Shown here piece after piece: positions 48,923 through 58,007 of a stretch of 64,000 nt of DNA. The notes under the pieces were generated by a model. It made no database searches. It was not told where the DNA came from and saw nothing but the letters and a program-made list of their open reading frames with translations. Source of the stretch: Candidatus Bathyarchaeota archaeon (GTDB taxonomy: Archaea; Thermoproteota; Bathyarchaeia; Bathyarchaeales; Bathycorpusculaceae); assembly GCA_963780185.1 (NCBI GenBank), contig CAWABA010000007.1, positions 96,001 through 160,000 on the forward strand. The letters are read 5' to 3'. The stretch's first letter is position 1. Each line of letters begins with the position of its first letter. A program made the translations under genes and the position numbers.

Positions 48923-50737
48923 TTGGTGCCAAGTTTGGACAGCCCCGTGTTTTTAAGATGCCCAGTTTGCGGAATCCAGATAGATGTAGAGAACTCGGCA
49001 ACAAAAATCGAAGCAGCATGCGAAAGCTTCGGGGGCAAAAAACACTGTTTCTGCAGCGAAAACTGCCGACGGCACTTTCTGGAGGACCGCCGAATCGCGT
49101 ATTTCTCCATGGAAATAGGCATCTCCAGCATTATGCACTCGTACAGCGGCGGCTTAGGGGTTTTAGCAGGAGACATAGTGAAATCCAGCGCAGACCTGCG
49201 GCTCCAGATGGTTGCCATCACATTGGCAAGCAGAAAAGGCTACTTCAGGCAAAAACTTACCCCGCTAGGCGACCAGCAAGAGTTTCCTGACGAGTGGGAC
49301 CCCGCCAAAACCTTAACCCGCATGCCCAACGTCGTCACTTTAACCATTGAAGGGCGCCCCGTTAAAGTACAGGCGTGGCTTTACGAGTTTCAGAGCGTCA
49401 CAGGCGGCATGGTGCCGATTCTGTTTTTGGATACGGATATGGAAGAAAACGCTCCTGAAGACCGAAGAATAACAGATTCACTTTACGGCGGCGACAAAAG
49501 CTACAGGCTAAAACAAGAGATTGTCCTGGGCATAGGCGGCACGAAGCTGCTGAAGAATTTGCCTTTCAAAATCCGCAAGTACCACATGAACGAAGGCCAC
49601 TCCAGCCTGCTAACGCTTGAGTTGCTCAAAGAAAACGGTATGGATGCGGAAAAAGTCCAGAACCTCTGCGTCTTCACCACCCACAGCCCAGTAGAAGCCG
49701 CGTTTGACCAATTCTCCTACGAGCTTGTCCAGCAGATGCTTGGCAAAGAGTACCCGTTGGCTGAGATGAAGCAGTATGCGGGAGCAGAAAACCTCAACAT
49801 GGCCTTCTTAGCGCTTAACTTAAGCAAATACATCAACGGCGTCTCGTTGGCGCATGTGGATTACTCCAGAAAACTTTTCCCAGGACGCTACATAAGGGCA
49901 GTCACAAACGGAGTCCACTCCTCCACATGGACAAGCCTATATTTCCGTCAACTCTTCGACAAGTACATTCCCGGCTGGGCAAACGAACCAATCCTTCTCG
50001 CCAAAGCCACCGAGATTCCTAACCGAGAAGTCTGGGACGCCCACATAAAAGCAAAAACAGATCTGCTGGCTTTCATAGAGAAAACCAACGGAAAAACATT
50101 GGATCCACAGGCGTTGACACTTGGCTTCGCGAGAAGAGCCACAGGATACAAACGCGCAACCCTAATCTTCAGCGACCTGCACAGGTTAACTGATATTAAT
50201 CGGAAAGAAAAAATCCAGATGATTTTCGCTGGAAAAGCCCATCCCAACGACACCGACGGCAAAAGGCTTATAAGACAAATCCATGACTACGCACGCACGC
50301 TGGAGGGTCAGGTGGATGTTGTTTACTTGGAGAATTATGATATGGACATCGCGGCGAAGCTTACATCGGGCGTGGATGTTTGGCTTAACACGCCTCTGCC
50401 GCCTTTTGAGGCTTCAGGAACCAGCGGCATGAAAGCTGCCCACAACGGCGTCGTAAACTTCAGTGTCCTTGACGGCTGGTGGATGGAAGGCTGCATCGAA
50501 GGCGTCACAGGCTGGGCCATCGGACCGCACCCCAAAGAGCTACTGAGCGAAAACGAAAAACGGGAACTGGAACTGCAAGACCTCTACAGTAAACTCGAAT
50601 ACCTAATCGTGCCGACATTCTACCGCCAAAAAGACGCCTGGATAAACTTGATGAAGAACTCCATTGCAAAAATCGCCTACTACTTCCAGACGCAATGGGT
50701 TGTGCGAAGATACATCACAGAAGCCTACCTCATCTAA
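48923..50737 (+). CDS. glgP: Alpha-glucan phosphorylase with N-terminal YHS/TRASH-like domain
   Basis: CPVCG...FCSENC, then AYFSMEIG, YSGGLGVLAGD and EASGTSGMKA motifs. Confidence 0.92.
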   Translation: MVPSLDSPVFLRCPVCGIQIDVENSATKIEAACESFGGKKHCFCSENCRRHFLEDRRIAYFSMEIGISSIMHSYSGGLGVLAGDIVKSSADLRLQMVAITLASRKGYFRQKLTPLGDQQEFPDEWDPAKTLTRMPNVVTLTIEGRPVKVQAWLYEFQSVTGGMVPILFLDTDMEENAPEDRRITDSLYGGDKSYRLKQEIVLGIGGTKLLKNLPFKIRKYHMNEGHSSLLTLELLKENGMDAEKVQNLCVFTTHSPVEAAFDQFSYELVQQMLGKEYPLAEMKQYAGAENLNMAFLALNLSKYINGVSLAHVDYSRKLFPGRYIRAVTNGVHSSTWTSLYFRQLFDKYIPGWANEPILLAKATEIPNREVWDAHIKAKTDLLAFIEKTNGKTLDPQALTLGFARRATGYKRATLIFSDLHRLTDINRKEKIQMIFAGKAHPNDTDGKRLIRQIHDYARTLEGQVDVVYLENYDMDIAAKLTSGVDVWLNTPLPPFEASGTSGMKAAHNGVVNFSVLDGWWMEGCIEGVTGWAIGPHPKELLSENEKRELELQDLYSKLEYLIVPTFYRQKDAWINLMKNSIAKIAYYFQTQWVVRRYITEAYLI

Positions 50738-50795
50738 AACCCAAAACCAACCATTCCGAAAGAACCAAGAAAAATGAAAAGGAAAAGAAAGCGGC

Positions 50796-52142
50796 TTAGC
50801 GGAGTTTCATGAGGACCATTTCTGCGGCGAGTACCATGGGTTCCCATGTTTCGCATAGCGGCGGCGCGTAGGCTGTGTCTGCTTTCGCTAGTTCCCGAAC
50901 AGTCATCTGCTTCTGTATGGCAAAGGAGAGTGCGTTTATGCGTTGGGTGACTTCTTCGCCGCCGATTATTTGGGCTCCGATTATGCGTTCCGACTCTTTT
51001 TCAACGATAAGTTTGACTTTGATGGGTTTAGCTGTGGGGTAGTAGTCGGCTTTTGTCTTGCTGCTAATCGCGCCCACGACCACTTCGATGCGGTTGCGTG
51101 CAGCCGACGTTTCACTTATGCCCGTGGCGCCCGCCTCAACCTCGAAAAGCCGCGTTACCGCCGAAGCCAGAACACCCGTGAACTGCGAGTAGCCGCCGCC
51201 CGCGTTTGCCCCCGCAACCTTGCCTTCGCGAACCGCAATCGTGCCCAGCTGAGCGCAGGTTGCCCTATGCGTTATGATGTTTGGGGCTTCCGCGCAGTCG
51301 CCCACAGCGTAAACGTCTTTCACGTCAGTTTCCATGCGTGCATTCGTCTTTATCGCTCGGGTTTCCCCCAACGGAATGCCCGCGTCCACAGCGAGTTTGG
51401 TGTTGGCTCTCACGCCAAAGGAGCTAACGAATAGGTCGGCTTCGATTTTTTCGCCTCCAGCCATGACAGCTGTGACTTTGGTTTCGCCGACGAATTCTTC
51501 AACGGGTTTGGTAAGAAGGATACGCATGCCTTTTTCCTGCAGGTGATCCGCAACCAGCTTCGCCATGTCCGCGTCAAGCAGCTGAGGCAAAATCTGAGGC
51601 AGCATCTCTACAACCGTTACCTGCAAGCCACGCTCGATTAAAGCGACGCCGAGTTCCAACCCGATTAAGCCAGCGCCCATAATAACTGCGGATTTCGCGC
51701 CTGCCTTAACTGCCGCATCGATCTTTTCGCCATCCTCTATGCCGCGGAGGCTTAGCACTCCAGGTTTTTCCCTGCCTTTAATCGGCGGGGTGAAAGAGTC
51801 AGCGCCCGTTGAAATAACTAGGCTGTCGTATGGGAGAACTTCGGTGGCTCCTTCTTTGGTGGCGATGGTGACGGTTTTTTCTTTGGTGTTGATTGCTGTG
51901 GCTTTTGTTTCGCTGCGTAAATTCAGCTTCAGCATTTGAAAGTATGCTGGTGGGTAAACGATTAAGTCGTTGAAGCTGGGGATTTGTCCGCCGATTACGA
52001 AGGGTAAGCCGCATCGGGAGTACCCAGCGGTTTTTTCCTGTGTGATGAGGGTGATTTCGGCTGCTCGGTCTTTTTTTCGTGCGGCTGAGGCTGCTTCTAC
52101 GCCGGCAGCGTTTGCCCCGATGACGATTACGCGCCTTGCCAT
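50796..52142 (-). CDS. CoA-disulfide reductase / NADH oxidase family flavoprotein
   Basis: YSRCGLP single-Cys motif; GAGLIGLE, YAVGDC and YAPP motifs. Confidence 0.88.
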   Translation of the reverse strand: MARRVIVIGANAAGVEAASAARKKDRAAEITLITQEKTAGYSRCGLPFVIGGQIPSFNDLIVYPPAYFQMLKLNLRSETKATAINTKEKTVTIATKEGATEVLPYDSLVISTGADSFTPPIKGREKPGVLSLRGIEDGEKIDAAVKAGAKSAVIMGAGLIGLELGVALIERGLQVTVVEMLPQILPQLLDADMAKLVADHLQEKGMRILLTKPVEEFVGETKVTAVMAGGEKIEADLFVSSFGVRANTKLAVDAGIPLGETRAIKTNARMETDVKDVYAVGDCAEAPNIITHRATCAQLGTIAVREGKVAGANAGGGYSQFTGVLASAVTRLFEVEAGATGISETSAARNRIEVVVGAISSKTKADYYPTAKPIKVKLIVEKESERIIGAQIIGGEEVTQRINALSFAIQKQMTVRELAKADTAYAPPLCETWEPMVLAAEMVLMKLR

Positions 52143-52156
52143 CGCGACGCCTTCAC

Positions 52157-52573
52157 CTATTTTTGTTGGACCTGACACTTATGCCAGTCGACGGCTTTGT
52201 CAAAGTCCATTAAATTCGCAAGCTCCGCCTGCAAGTTGGAGGGTTTAACAACTATCAGCCAGCCTTTGATGTATGGGTCTTCGTTGAGGGTTTCGGGTTT
52301 GGACTGGACTTCCTCGTTCACTTCCTCGATTCTGCCACTTACCGCAGCTACAAGGTCGGAGACGGCTTTAACAGATTCCAATGTTCCGTAAGGCTCGCTT
52401 TGCTTAACTTCGGTGCCTACACTTGGCAACTCCGCGTAAACGATTTCTCGTAGAGCCTTCTGCGCGTAGTCGGTGATGCCCATGCGGATTTTGTCGCCTT
52501 CAACCTTTATCCACGCAAAATCTTTAGAGTAGTAGAGCCCTTCCGGCACTTCGTACGATTCAACTTTAACCAT
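52157..52573 (-). CDS. gcvH: Glycine cleavage system H protein
   Basis: GITDYAQ, ESVKAVS (lipoyl-Lys) and NEDPY..GW motifs. Confidence 0.95.
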   Translation of the reverse strand: MVKVESYEVPEGLYYSKDFAWIKVEGDKIRMGITDYAQKALREIVYAELPSVGTEVKQSEPYGTLESVKAVSDLVAAVSGRIEEVNEEVQSKPETLNEDPYIKGWLIVVKPSNLQAELANLMDFDKAVDWHKCQVQQK

Positions 52574-52685
52574 GACATGAACCTTCCAGATTTTTGACAG
52601 ATAACAAATTTCAGATTCAAAGATTAAAAGGTTTCACAGCGGTTTTGAAAAGGGGTGAATTTTCGGGGTTCATTTTTGTTTTGGG

Positions 52686-52850
52686 TTTTTGATGTAAATA
52701 CTAATACCCCTCCCTCGTCGGCGGCTTCTGCGTGGGGCTTGTTTCGGGTTGTTTTTTTGGTTTGGGGCTTGATTTTGTTGTGGGTTTTGGTCGGGTTGAG
52801 CTGGGTTGGGTGGGTTTTCTGTTTGGGGTTTTGTAATATTACAAAAGTTT
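52686..52850 (-). repeat. Dispersed ~165-bp intergenic element, copy 3
   Basis: Palindrome TTTTGTAATATTACAAAA at 52829-52846; core CCCCACGCAGAAGCCGCCGACGAGGGAGGGGTATTAGTATTTACATCAAAAA on the minus strand. Confidence 0.9.
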
Positions 52851-52946
52851 AGCGGCTTGAATGGGTTGGCACCAGGGGAAGGCGGGTTTGGTTGGGTTTT
52901 TGTGTGGGTTTGGGAGGTTGGGAGCGAAAAGCCTTTATGTAACTTT

Positions 52947-52964
52947 TTGATTACATGTAATCAA
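52947..52964. promoter_or_regulatory. Putative ArsR autoregulatory operator
   Basis: Perfect 18-bp palindrome TTGATTACATGTAATCAA between TATA-like TTTATGTA and the ArsR start. Confidence 0.65.
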
Positions 52965-52984
52965 TTTACTACGTGAGGGGTCTG

Positions 52985-53287
52985 ATGTCCAAAACAATCG
53001 AACTCGCCAAAAAACTCGACGCCCTATCTCACCCCCTCCGCCTCAAAATAGTCGCCGCCCTCACCGACCGCGAAATGTACCTAAACGAAATAGCCAACAA
53101 AGTCGGCGTCAGCCGCGCCCTCGCAAAAATCCACCTAAAAAAACTCGAAAAAGCAGGGATAGTGGCAAGCCGCATAGTCACAGCAGAAAACGAAGCAAAA
53201 GCCCTACGATACTACCAACTAAAAAACTTTGACCTACACGTCAACCCCCAAACCATCCGAAAGGAGGTGGAAAACAATGGACAGTAG
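52985..53287 (+). CDS. ArsR-family transcriptional regulator
   Basis: ALSHPLRLKIV...VSRALAKIHLKKLEKAGIV. Confidence 0.9.
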   Translation: MSKTIELAKKLDALSHPLRLKIVAALTDREMYLNEIANKVGVSRALAKIHLKKLEKAGIVASRIVTAENEAKALRYYQLKNFDLHVNPQTIRKEVENNGQ

Positions 53288-53570
53288 ATCAGCCATAATC
53301 GGCACCTGCTGGATCGCCATCGCCGTCATCTCAGCCATGTACATCTACGTTGGAGGCGTAAACCTCGGCACAGACATCATCGTAGCCTTACTCGTTCTCC
53401 TCGCAACAGGCATCACCTTTGCCGTCGGCTTCGGATTGGAAGGCATGCGAAGGTACGGTCCACCCTCAAGAGCAGAAACCCAAGCATCCCTCGACCTTAC
53501 CGAACTGAAAAACTCCATAATTGAACTAACAAAAAAGGTGGAGGCACTACAGAAAGAACTACAAGAATAA
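53277..53570 (+). CDS. Small 2-TM protein with C-terminal coiled coil
   Basis: GGAGGTG ribosome-binding site before ATG 53277, overlapping the ArsR end. Confidence 0.7.
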   Translation: MDSRSAIIGTCWIAIAVISAMYIYVGGVNLGTDIIVALLVLLATGITFAVGFGLEGMRRYGPPSRAETQASLDLTELKNSIIELTKKVEALQKELQE

Positions 53571-53627
53571 AAACGGAGACCAAAAAAGGTCCTCCGCAAC
53601 TATTTTTTGAAATTTAAAGAAAAGGAT

Positions 53628-54713
53628 TTAGCGTTCCCGTTTGCCTGCTATCCAGTCTTCTGTCCATTGGCGTGCTTGGGAGTCAGGAACTTGGACTGGA
53701 GGATGTTTGAATGCATACGAGGGCATGCTGATGAGGGTACCTGAGATTTTGCGGTCTAAAGCGATTTTGGCTGCTCGGATAAGGTCGATGACTACGCCTG
53801 CACTGTTGGGGCTGTCTTCAACTTCAAGTTTAACGCTCATGTTAATGGGGCGGTCTCCAAAAGCGCGGGTTTTAAGCGAGATATAGCAGATTTTCTTGTT
53901 CTTAAGAAACGGCACATAATCTGACGGACCGATGCGCGTGGGCAAAGCGTAGGGAACAAGGCTGGTGACTGCTTCGGTTTTGCTGATGCGCTTTGACGTG
54001 AGGCGGTTTTCTACGGTCATGTTTTGGAAGTCTGTGTCGCCGCCAAGGTTAAGCTGGTAAGTTTCGTCGACGATGACGCCGCGGTCTAGGCAGAGGCGCA
54101 CGAGGGTTCGGTGCAGTATGGTGGCGCCGACCTGGCTTTTAATGTCGTCACCCAAAACGGGCAAGCCTGCCGCTTCGAATTTCTTTGGCCACTCCTTTGA
54201 CGCATCTGAGCCGATAAATTCAGGCATACAGTTTACTAAAGCGCATCCCGCGTCGATGGCACATTGAGCGTAAAATCGGACTGCATCATGGCTTCCCACA
54301 GGAAGATAATTAACAAGAACCTGAACTTTGGCGTCTTTGAGGGTTTTGACGATGCTTTCTTTGGTGGTTTTGCTGTCATCGTACACGCTGAAGGTTTCGC
54401 GCATGTGGGGTGCTGCGCCGTCAAGAATGATGCCAGGCGACACTTTCACGCCCAAATTGGGGACGTCGCTGAATTTTTCGCAGCAGTTAGGTTTAACCCA
54501 GATGGCTTCTGAGAGATCTTTGCCGATCTTGTTTTTGTTAACTTCAAAAGCGGCAACAAAATGTATGTCCTTTATGTGGTAGCCGCCGTAATTGACATGC
54601 ATCAAGCCGGGAACCGTTGTGTCTTCTTTTGCATCTTTATAATATTGAGTTCCCTGAACCAGGGCACAAGCGCTGTTGCCAACGCCCACAAGTGCAACAC
54701 GAATTTCAGGCAT
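53628..54713 (-). CDS. ino1: myo-Inositol-1-phosphate synthase
   Basis: VGVGNSA, NYLPVGS, GDDIKSQVGAT, GGDTDF and EDSPNSAG motifs. Confidence 0.95.
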   Translation of the reverse strand: MPEIRVALVGVGNSACALVQGTQYYKDAKEDTTVPGLMHVNYGGYHIKDIHFVAAFEVNKNKIGKDLSEAIWVKPNCCEKFSDVPNLGVKVSPGIILDGAAPHMRETFSVYDDSKTTKESIVKTLKDAKVQVLVNYLPVGSHDAVRFYAQCAIDAGCALVNCMPEFIGSDASKEWPKKFEAAGLPVLGDDIKSQVGATILHRTLVRLCLDRGVIVDETYQLNLGGDTDFQNMTVENRLTSKRISKTEAVTSLVPYALPTRIGPSDYVPFLKNKKICYISLKTRAFGDRPINMSVKLEVEDSPNSAGVVIDLIRAAKIALDRKISGTLISMPSYAFKHPPVQVPDSQARQWTEDWIAGKRER

Positions 54714-54783
54714 GTAACTGCAACCATCCAAGAGTTTTCTATGTTAGAATAGCCTTAATGTCCACCTACGCTATAACTTTTTC
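54658..54783 (-). repeat. ino1 promoter and 5' end, copy belonging to the intact gene (direct repeat with 56069-56191)
   Basis: Shared CCAGGGCACAAGCGCTGTTGCCAACGCC...CACGAATTTCAGGCAT...AACCATCC...TAGCCTTAATGT..CCTACGCTATAACTTTTTC. Confidence 0.9.
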
Positions 54784-54797
54784 CTCAGTTGACACAA

Positions 54798-55409
54798 TCA
54801 AGTCTTAAGCAGTTTTCTTATTTCAAACACAAAATCCCTTGCCCGCTGAAGGGAAGTCTGCGCATATCCTCTTTTTGCTTGCACTCCAATATCATACTGG
54901 AACTTGCTCCGTTTCTTACGTTCGCCCTCATAAGAAATAATCAGTTCGTCTGCCTTTTTCTGCATCCTTTTCATCAGTTCTTCTCGACCGACAAGCTCTA
55001 ACCCTACTGTCTGGGCTTCTTCATACTGCTCGAGGAGTTTTGCCAGTTTCTCGTTTGAAGCGAAGAAGTGTATGAGTGCATCAGCTGTGACCTTGTGCAC
55101 TATCTGCCCCGTGGCTCGGATGCCCTGTTTTGCCAGTATTGCCGTTGCCGCATAAAACATGGAGTAGTATGAAGAAACGATTACCCAGAGGTAAGACTCA
55201 AAATCTGCGCCGACTTTCAACGTATCTTTTAGGGAGTTATCGTCTGATACTTCCTGCAAAATTGAGGCAGTCCGCAGAGAAAAATCAGCGTTAGCCATGA
55301 AAAAATCCACAAATCGGGCTGCATCTTTATCACCTGTCCTTAGTAAGTCATCTTTAATGTAAGTTTTGACGTTTCTTTTGGCTTCCTCTAACCGCGCCTT
55401 TTCTATCAT
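54798..55409 (-). CDS. HEPN domain protein (putative toxin)
   Basis: WVIVSSYYSMFYAA..H and R-x4-Y (RSKFQY) motifs; 4-nt overlap with the MNT gene. Confidence 0.8.
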   Translation of the reverse strand: MIEKARLEEAKRNVKTYIKDDLLRTGDKDAARFVDFFMANADFSLRTASILQEVSDDNSLKDTLKVGADFESYLWVIVSSYYSMFYAATAILAKQGIRATGQIVHKVTADALIHFFASNEKLAKLLEQYEEAQTVGLELVGREELMKRMQKKADELIISYEGERKKRSKFQYDIGVQAKRGYAQTSLQRARDFVFEIRKLLKT

Positions 55410-56023
55410 AGTACTTCCTCCAATGTTTTAAGCAGAATCTCCGCCCCATATGGAACTATTCTGTTGTCTATTGCTTCCCAAGCAACATTAGGCTTTTCCT
55501 GTTTGAGGAGCTCCATAAACTCGCTATTAGTTAATATAATCTCATGGATCCCTAGTGGGCTAACACGCTGCACAGATCCTACCGCTGCCTCTACCTCTTT
55601 TTCGAAACTGTCCTCAGGAATTATTAAGAGCACGTCTAAATCCGATCTTGTTGAAGCAGTGCCCTTTACATGGGACCCAAATAGTATGAGGGTGAAGAAG
55701 GGCGATGAAATCTTGGAGGTTAAATCGTTAACGAGGATTTCTATGTCTTTATGTTTCTCAAAGAAGCGGCTAGCACGTACTCCTTCTATGTAGGCAAGAA
55801 GCGTCGAAGTGCCTTTTAGGTTGAGTCTGCAAAAAGTTACTGGACGTTTCTTCTCCGCAATTATGTAATGTTGCTGGGCTAGCCGCATGGTCATGGTGTA
55901 TGTGATTTTGTAGTCTTTTCCGATTGCTTCGGCTATTTGTCTCACTGTGAAGCTTTCCCGAATTCTTGAACTCAGAAAAGCTAGAATTTCGATTGAAGTC
56001 TTAGTTAATGGTTCTAAGTACAT
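55406..56023 (-). CDS. HTH plus minimal nucleotidyltransferase (MNT) antitoxin
   Basis: FTVRQIAEAIGKDY HTH; LFGSHVKG..SDLDVL (GS..DxD). Confidence 0.88.
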   Translation of the reverse strand: MYLEPLTKTSIEILAFLSSRIRESFTVRQIAEAIGKDYKITYTMTMRLAQQHYIIAEKKRPVTFCRLNLKGTSTLLAYIEGVRASRFFEKHKDIEILVNDLTSKISSPFFTLILFGSHVKGTASTRSDLDVLLIIPEDSFEKEVEAAVGSVQRVSPLGIHEIILTNSEFMELLKQEKPNVAWEAIDNRIVPYGAEILLKTLEEVL

Positions 56024-56035
56024 AATATTATGTAC
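56018..56035. promoter_or_regulatory. Palindromic operator overlapping the MNT start codon
   Basis: Perfect 18-bp palindrome GTACATAATATTATGTAC. Confidence 0.6.
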
Positions 56036-56055
56036 CTAAATACACATGTTAGCTA

Positions 56056-56191
56056 TTAATTTTGCGCTACCAGGGCACAAGCGCTGTTGCCAACGCCGAC
56101 CAAAGCTACACGAATTTCAGGCATCTAAAGGTAACCATCCGAGATTGTTATGTAGTTTAGCCTTAATGTTCGCCTACGCTATAACTTTTTC
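56056..56191 (-). pseudogene. Truncated second copy of the ino1 promoter and first 19 codons
   Basis: ATG 56124 gives MPEIRVALVGVGNSACALV-AQN*. Confidence 0.85.
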
Positions 56192-56379
56192 TAAAAACTT
56201 CGGTGAAAAATTAGGACTTGGGCTTGTTTTCGTCTTTTTGCTAAGTGATTGAAGTTATCCGTTGTTGATTGAGGCGCAATCTTTTAACTGTAATGGGGCT
56301 TGACTGAATCGCCCATGGAAATTCAATAACAAAAAACAATTCAAAGAACTTAAATACGGTAAGCAACAATGTGAATTAA

Positions 56380-57012
56380 TTGCTTCCCAAACAAGCGATA
56401 TGTTGGTCGTTTGAAACATTGATTAATCTTCCAAAAATGATTAATGCAGTGGGAAACGATTGCGTAGTGGCAACGGTCACCATGGTTTGCATGTATTGGC
56501 GACAAAGGAAGCAAGACTTAGACTGGAAGTTGCCGTTAGATTTTGAACATCAGAAATGGAAGGATTTTTACAAAAAAGGATTAACTTATGTACGAACGTC
56601 AGGAATGCCAGCCAATAACATTAAACGTTTTCTGAGCAAGTTAGAACTGCCCTTAAGCGCCAAACTTGTCCTTCTTGAAGACAAGTACGGGTTAAGGAAT
56701 TTGATCGACACAATGGTTCCGCCGATAGTTTTTTACGACCATACATATTTTCTAAAAAACGTTAGAGGTCCTGGACATGCTGTTATACTTGTTGACCAAA
56801 CTGACGAGCTCTTTATATCCGTTGACCCCTCTTTAGGACCGAAGTATTATTCTAAACCTGCCAAAACTGATTTTGAGGAAGCATGGAAGTTGGATCATAA
56901 TGCCACGATTATCCTTCTTCCGAAAATTGATAGTATCATAGAAAGAAAGATTCCCAGTCAGACAAAAAGCCTTATGCCATACTTAACAAGTAATCCAGGA
57001 GATAGAAAATGA
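56380..57012 (+). CDS. C39-like (papain-fold) cysteine peptidase
   Basis: NDCVVATVTMV (Cys), GHAVIL (His), VDPSLG (Asp) and FEEAW motifs; no signal peptide. Confidence 0.75.
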   Translation: MLPKQAICWSFETLINLPKMINAVGNDCVVATVTMVCMYWRQRKQDLDWKLPLDFEHQKWKDFYKKGLTYVRTSGMPANNIKRFLSKLELPLSAKLVLLEDKYGLRNLIDTMVPPIVFYDHTYFLKNVRGPGHAVILVDQTDELFISVDPSLGPKYYSKPAKTDFEEAWKLDHNATIILLPKIDSIIERKIPSQTKSLMPYLTSNPGDRK

Positions 57013-58007
57013 AACTAAAACTGCGCGTTCAGAAACTCGATGATCCTGAACTCATTGCTTACGACAGGATTCTAAGACACTACGGATCGGGCTGTTATGC
57101 CCAAACTCCAGAAGATAACGAAACATACTGGCGGGTTCCAATCGGAGCATATCTGCAGTCTAATGTGGTTGACGAGAAAACTGAAAAAGAAAGAGTATTT
57201 ACGCTTAACTTCCGCAATGTCGGAGAAATTACGATAAAAAAATCAACCATGCGAGTAAGTAAGGCCACACCCTTGTGGTCATTAGGAAAGAACATTTTTA
57301 ATAAGAAGAGCGAAATTAGGCGAGTTGTTGAAGAGGATTTAATCAAAATATTGGGCAACAGAGAGACCGGTATTCGTTTCGGGCAGCTCAAGTTCGCCTT
57401 CAGTGGCTTACAACCGATTTACCGCACGATTAACAGACTAATAGTGGAGGATTATCCGTCTTACGATGAAATAGTTAACGCGGGTAAAAACTATCCAGGA
57501 CAGGTTGACCTTTTGGTTGACATTGGTTACGCTGAGTACACGACCGATGAACCAAGAAAACTAATTGCCACGAACAAACTAAAGGAACTCTACGAGGAAA
57601 AGAGGAATATTGAGAAAACCGTCGATGTAGTTTTTGGCTTGGTTCTAGCAGAATTCTATTATGATTTGCAGAGATTAAGAAGAATTGCACAGTTTATTCC
57701 TTACGTTAGAGCGAGTACAGCTTACTATGGCAATGCCATCCAGTTTGGTAGATTAATCGGCATGCGAGAAAATACTCTCTGTGAGAATATCCGAGAGTAC
57801 TATAAGGGAGCACCAACGCCGCCCAAATTAAGGTATGGCTATCCTACCATAATTAGAGAACTAGTCGATGCGCAAATTCTGGAGTTCGACGATAACGAAT
57901 GTGTCACTGGAAAAATGGGCATTTTCAAGAAACTGATGTCGGTCAGGGAAAAAATACCCTATGGTGAAGTGCCCTTTCCCTTTGGAGACCTGATTAATGG
58001 GGCTTAA
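57009..58007 (+). CDS. Hypothetical protein, possibly two winged-helix-like repeats
   Basis: ATGA overlap with the peptidase; VDLLVDIGYAEY..IATNKLKEL and IRELVDAQILEF segments. Confidence 0.75.
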   Translation: MKLKLRVQKLDDPELIAYDRILRHYGSGCYAQTPEDNETYWRVPIGAYLQSNVVDEKTEKERVFTLNFRNVGEITIKKSTMRVSKATPLWSLGKNIFNKKSEIRRVVEEDLIKILGNRETGIRFGQLKFAFSGLQPIYRTINRLIVEDYPSYDEIVNAGKNYPGQVDLLVDIGYAEYTTDEPRKLIATNKLKELYEEKRNIEKTVDVVFGLVLAEFYYDLQRLRRIAQFIPYVRASTAYYGNAIQFGRLIGMRENTLCENIREYYKGAPTPPKLRYGYPTIIRELVDAQILEFDDNECVTGKMGIFKKLMSVREKIPYGEVPFPFGDLINGA

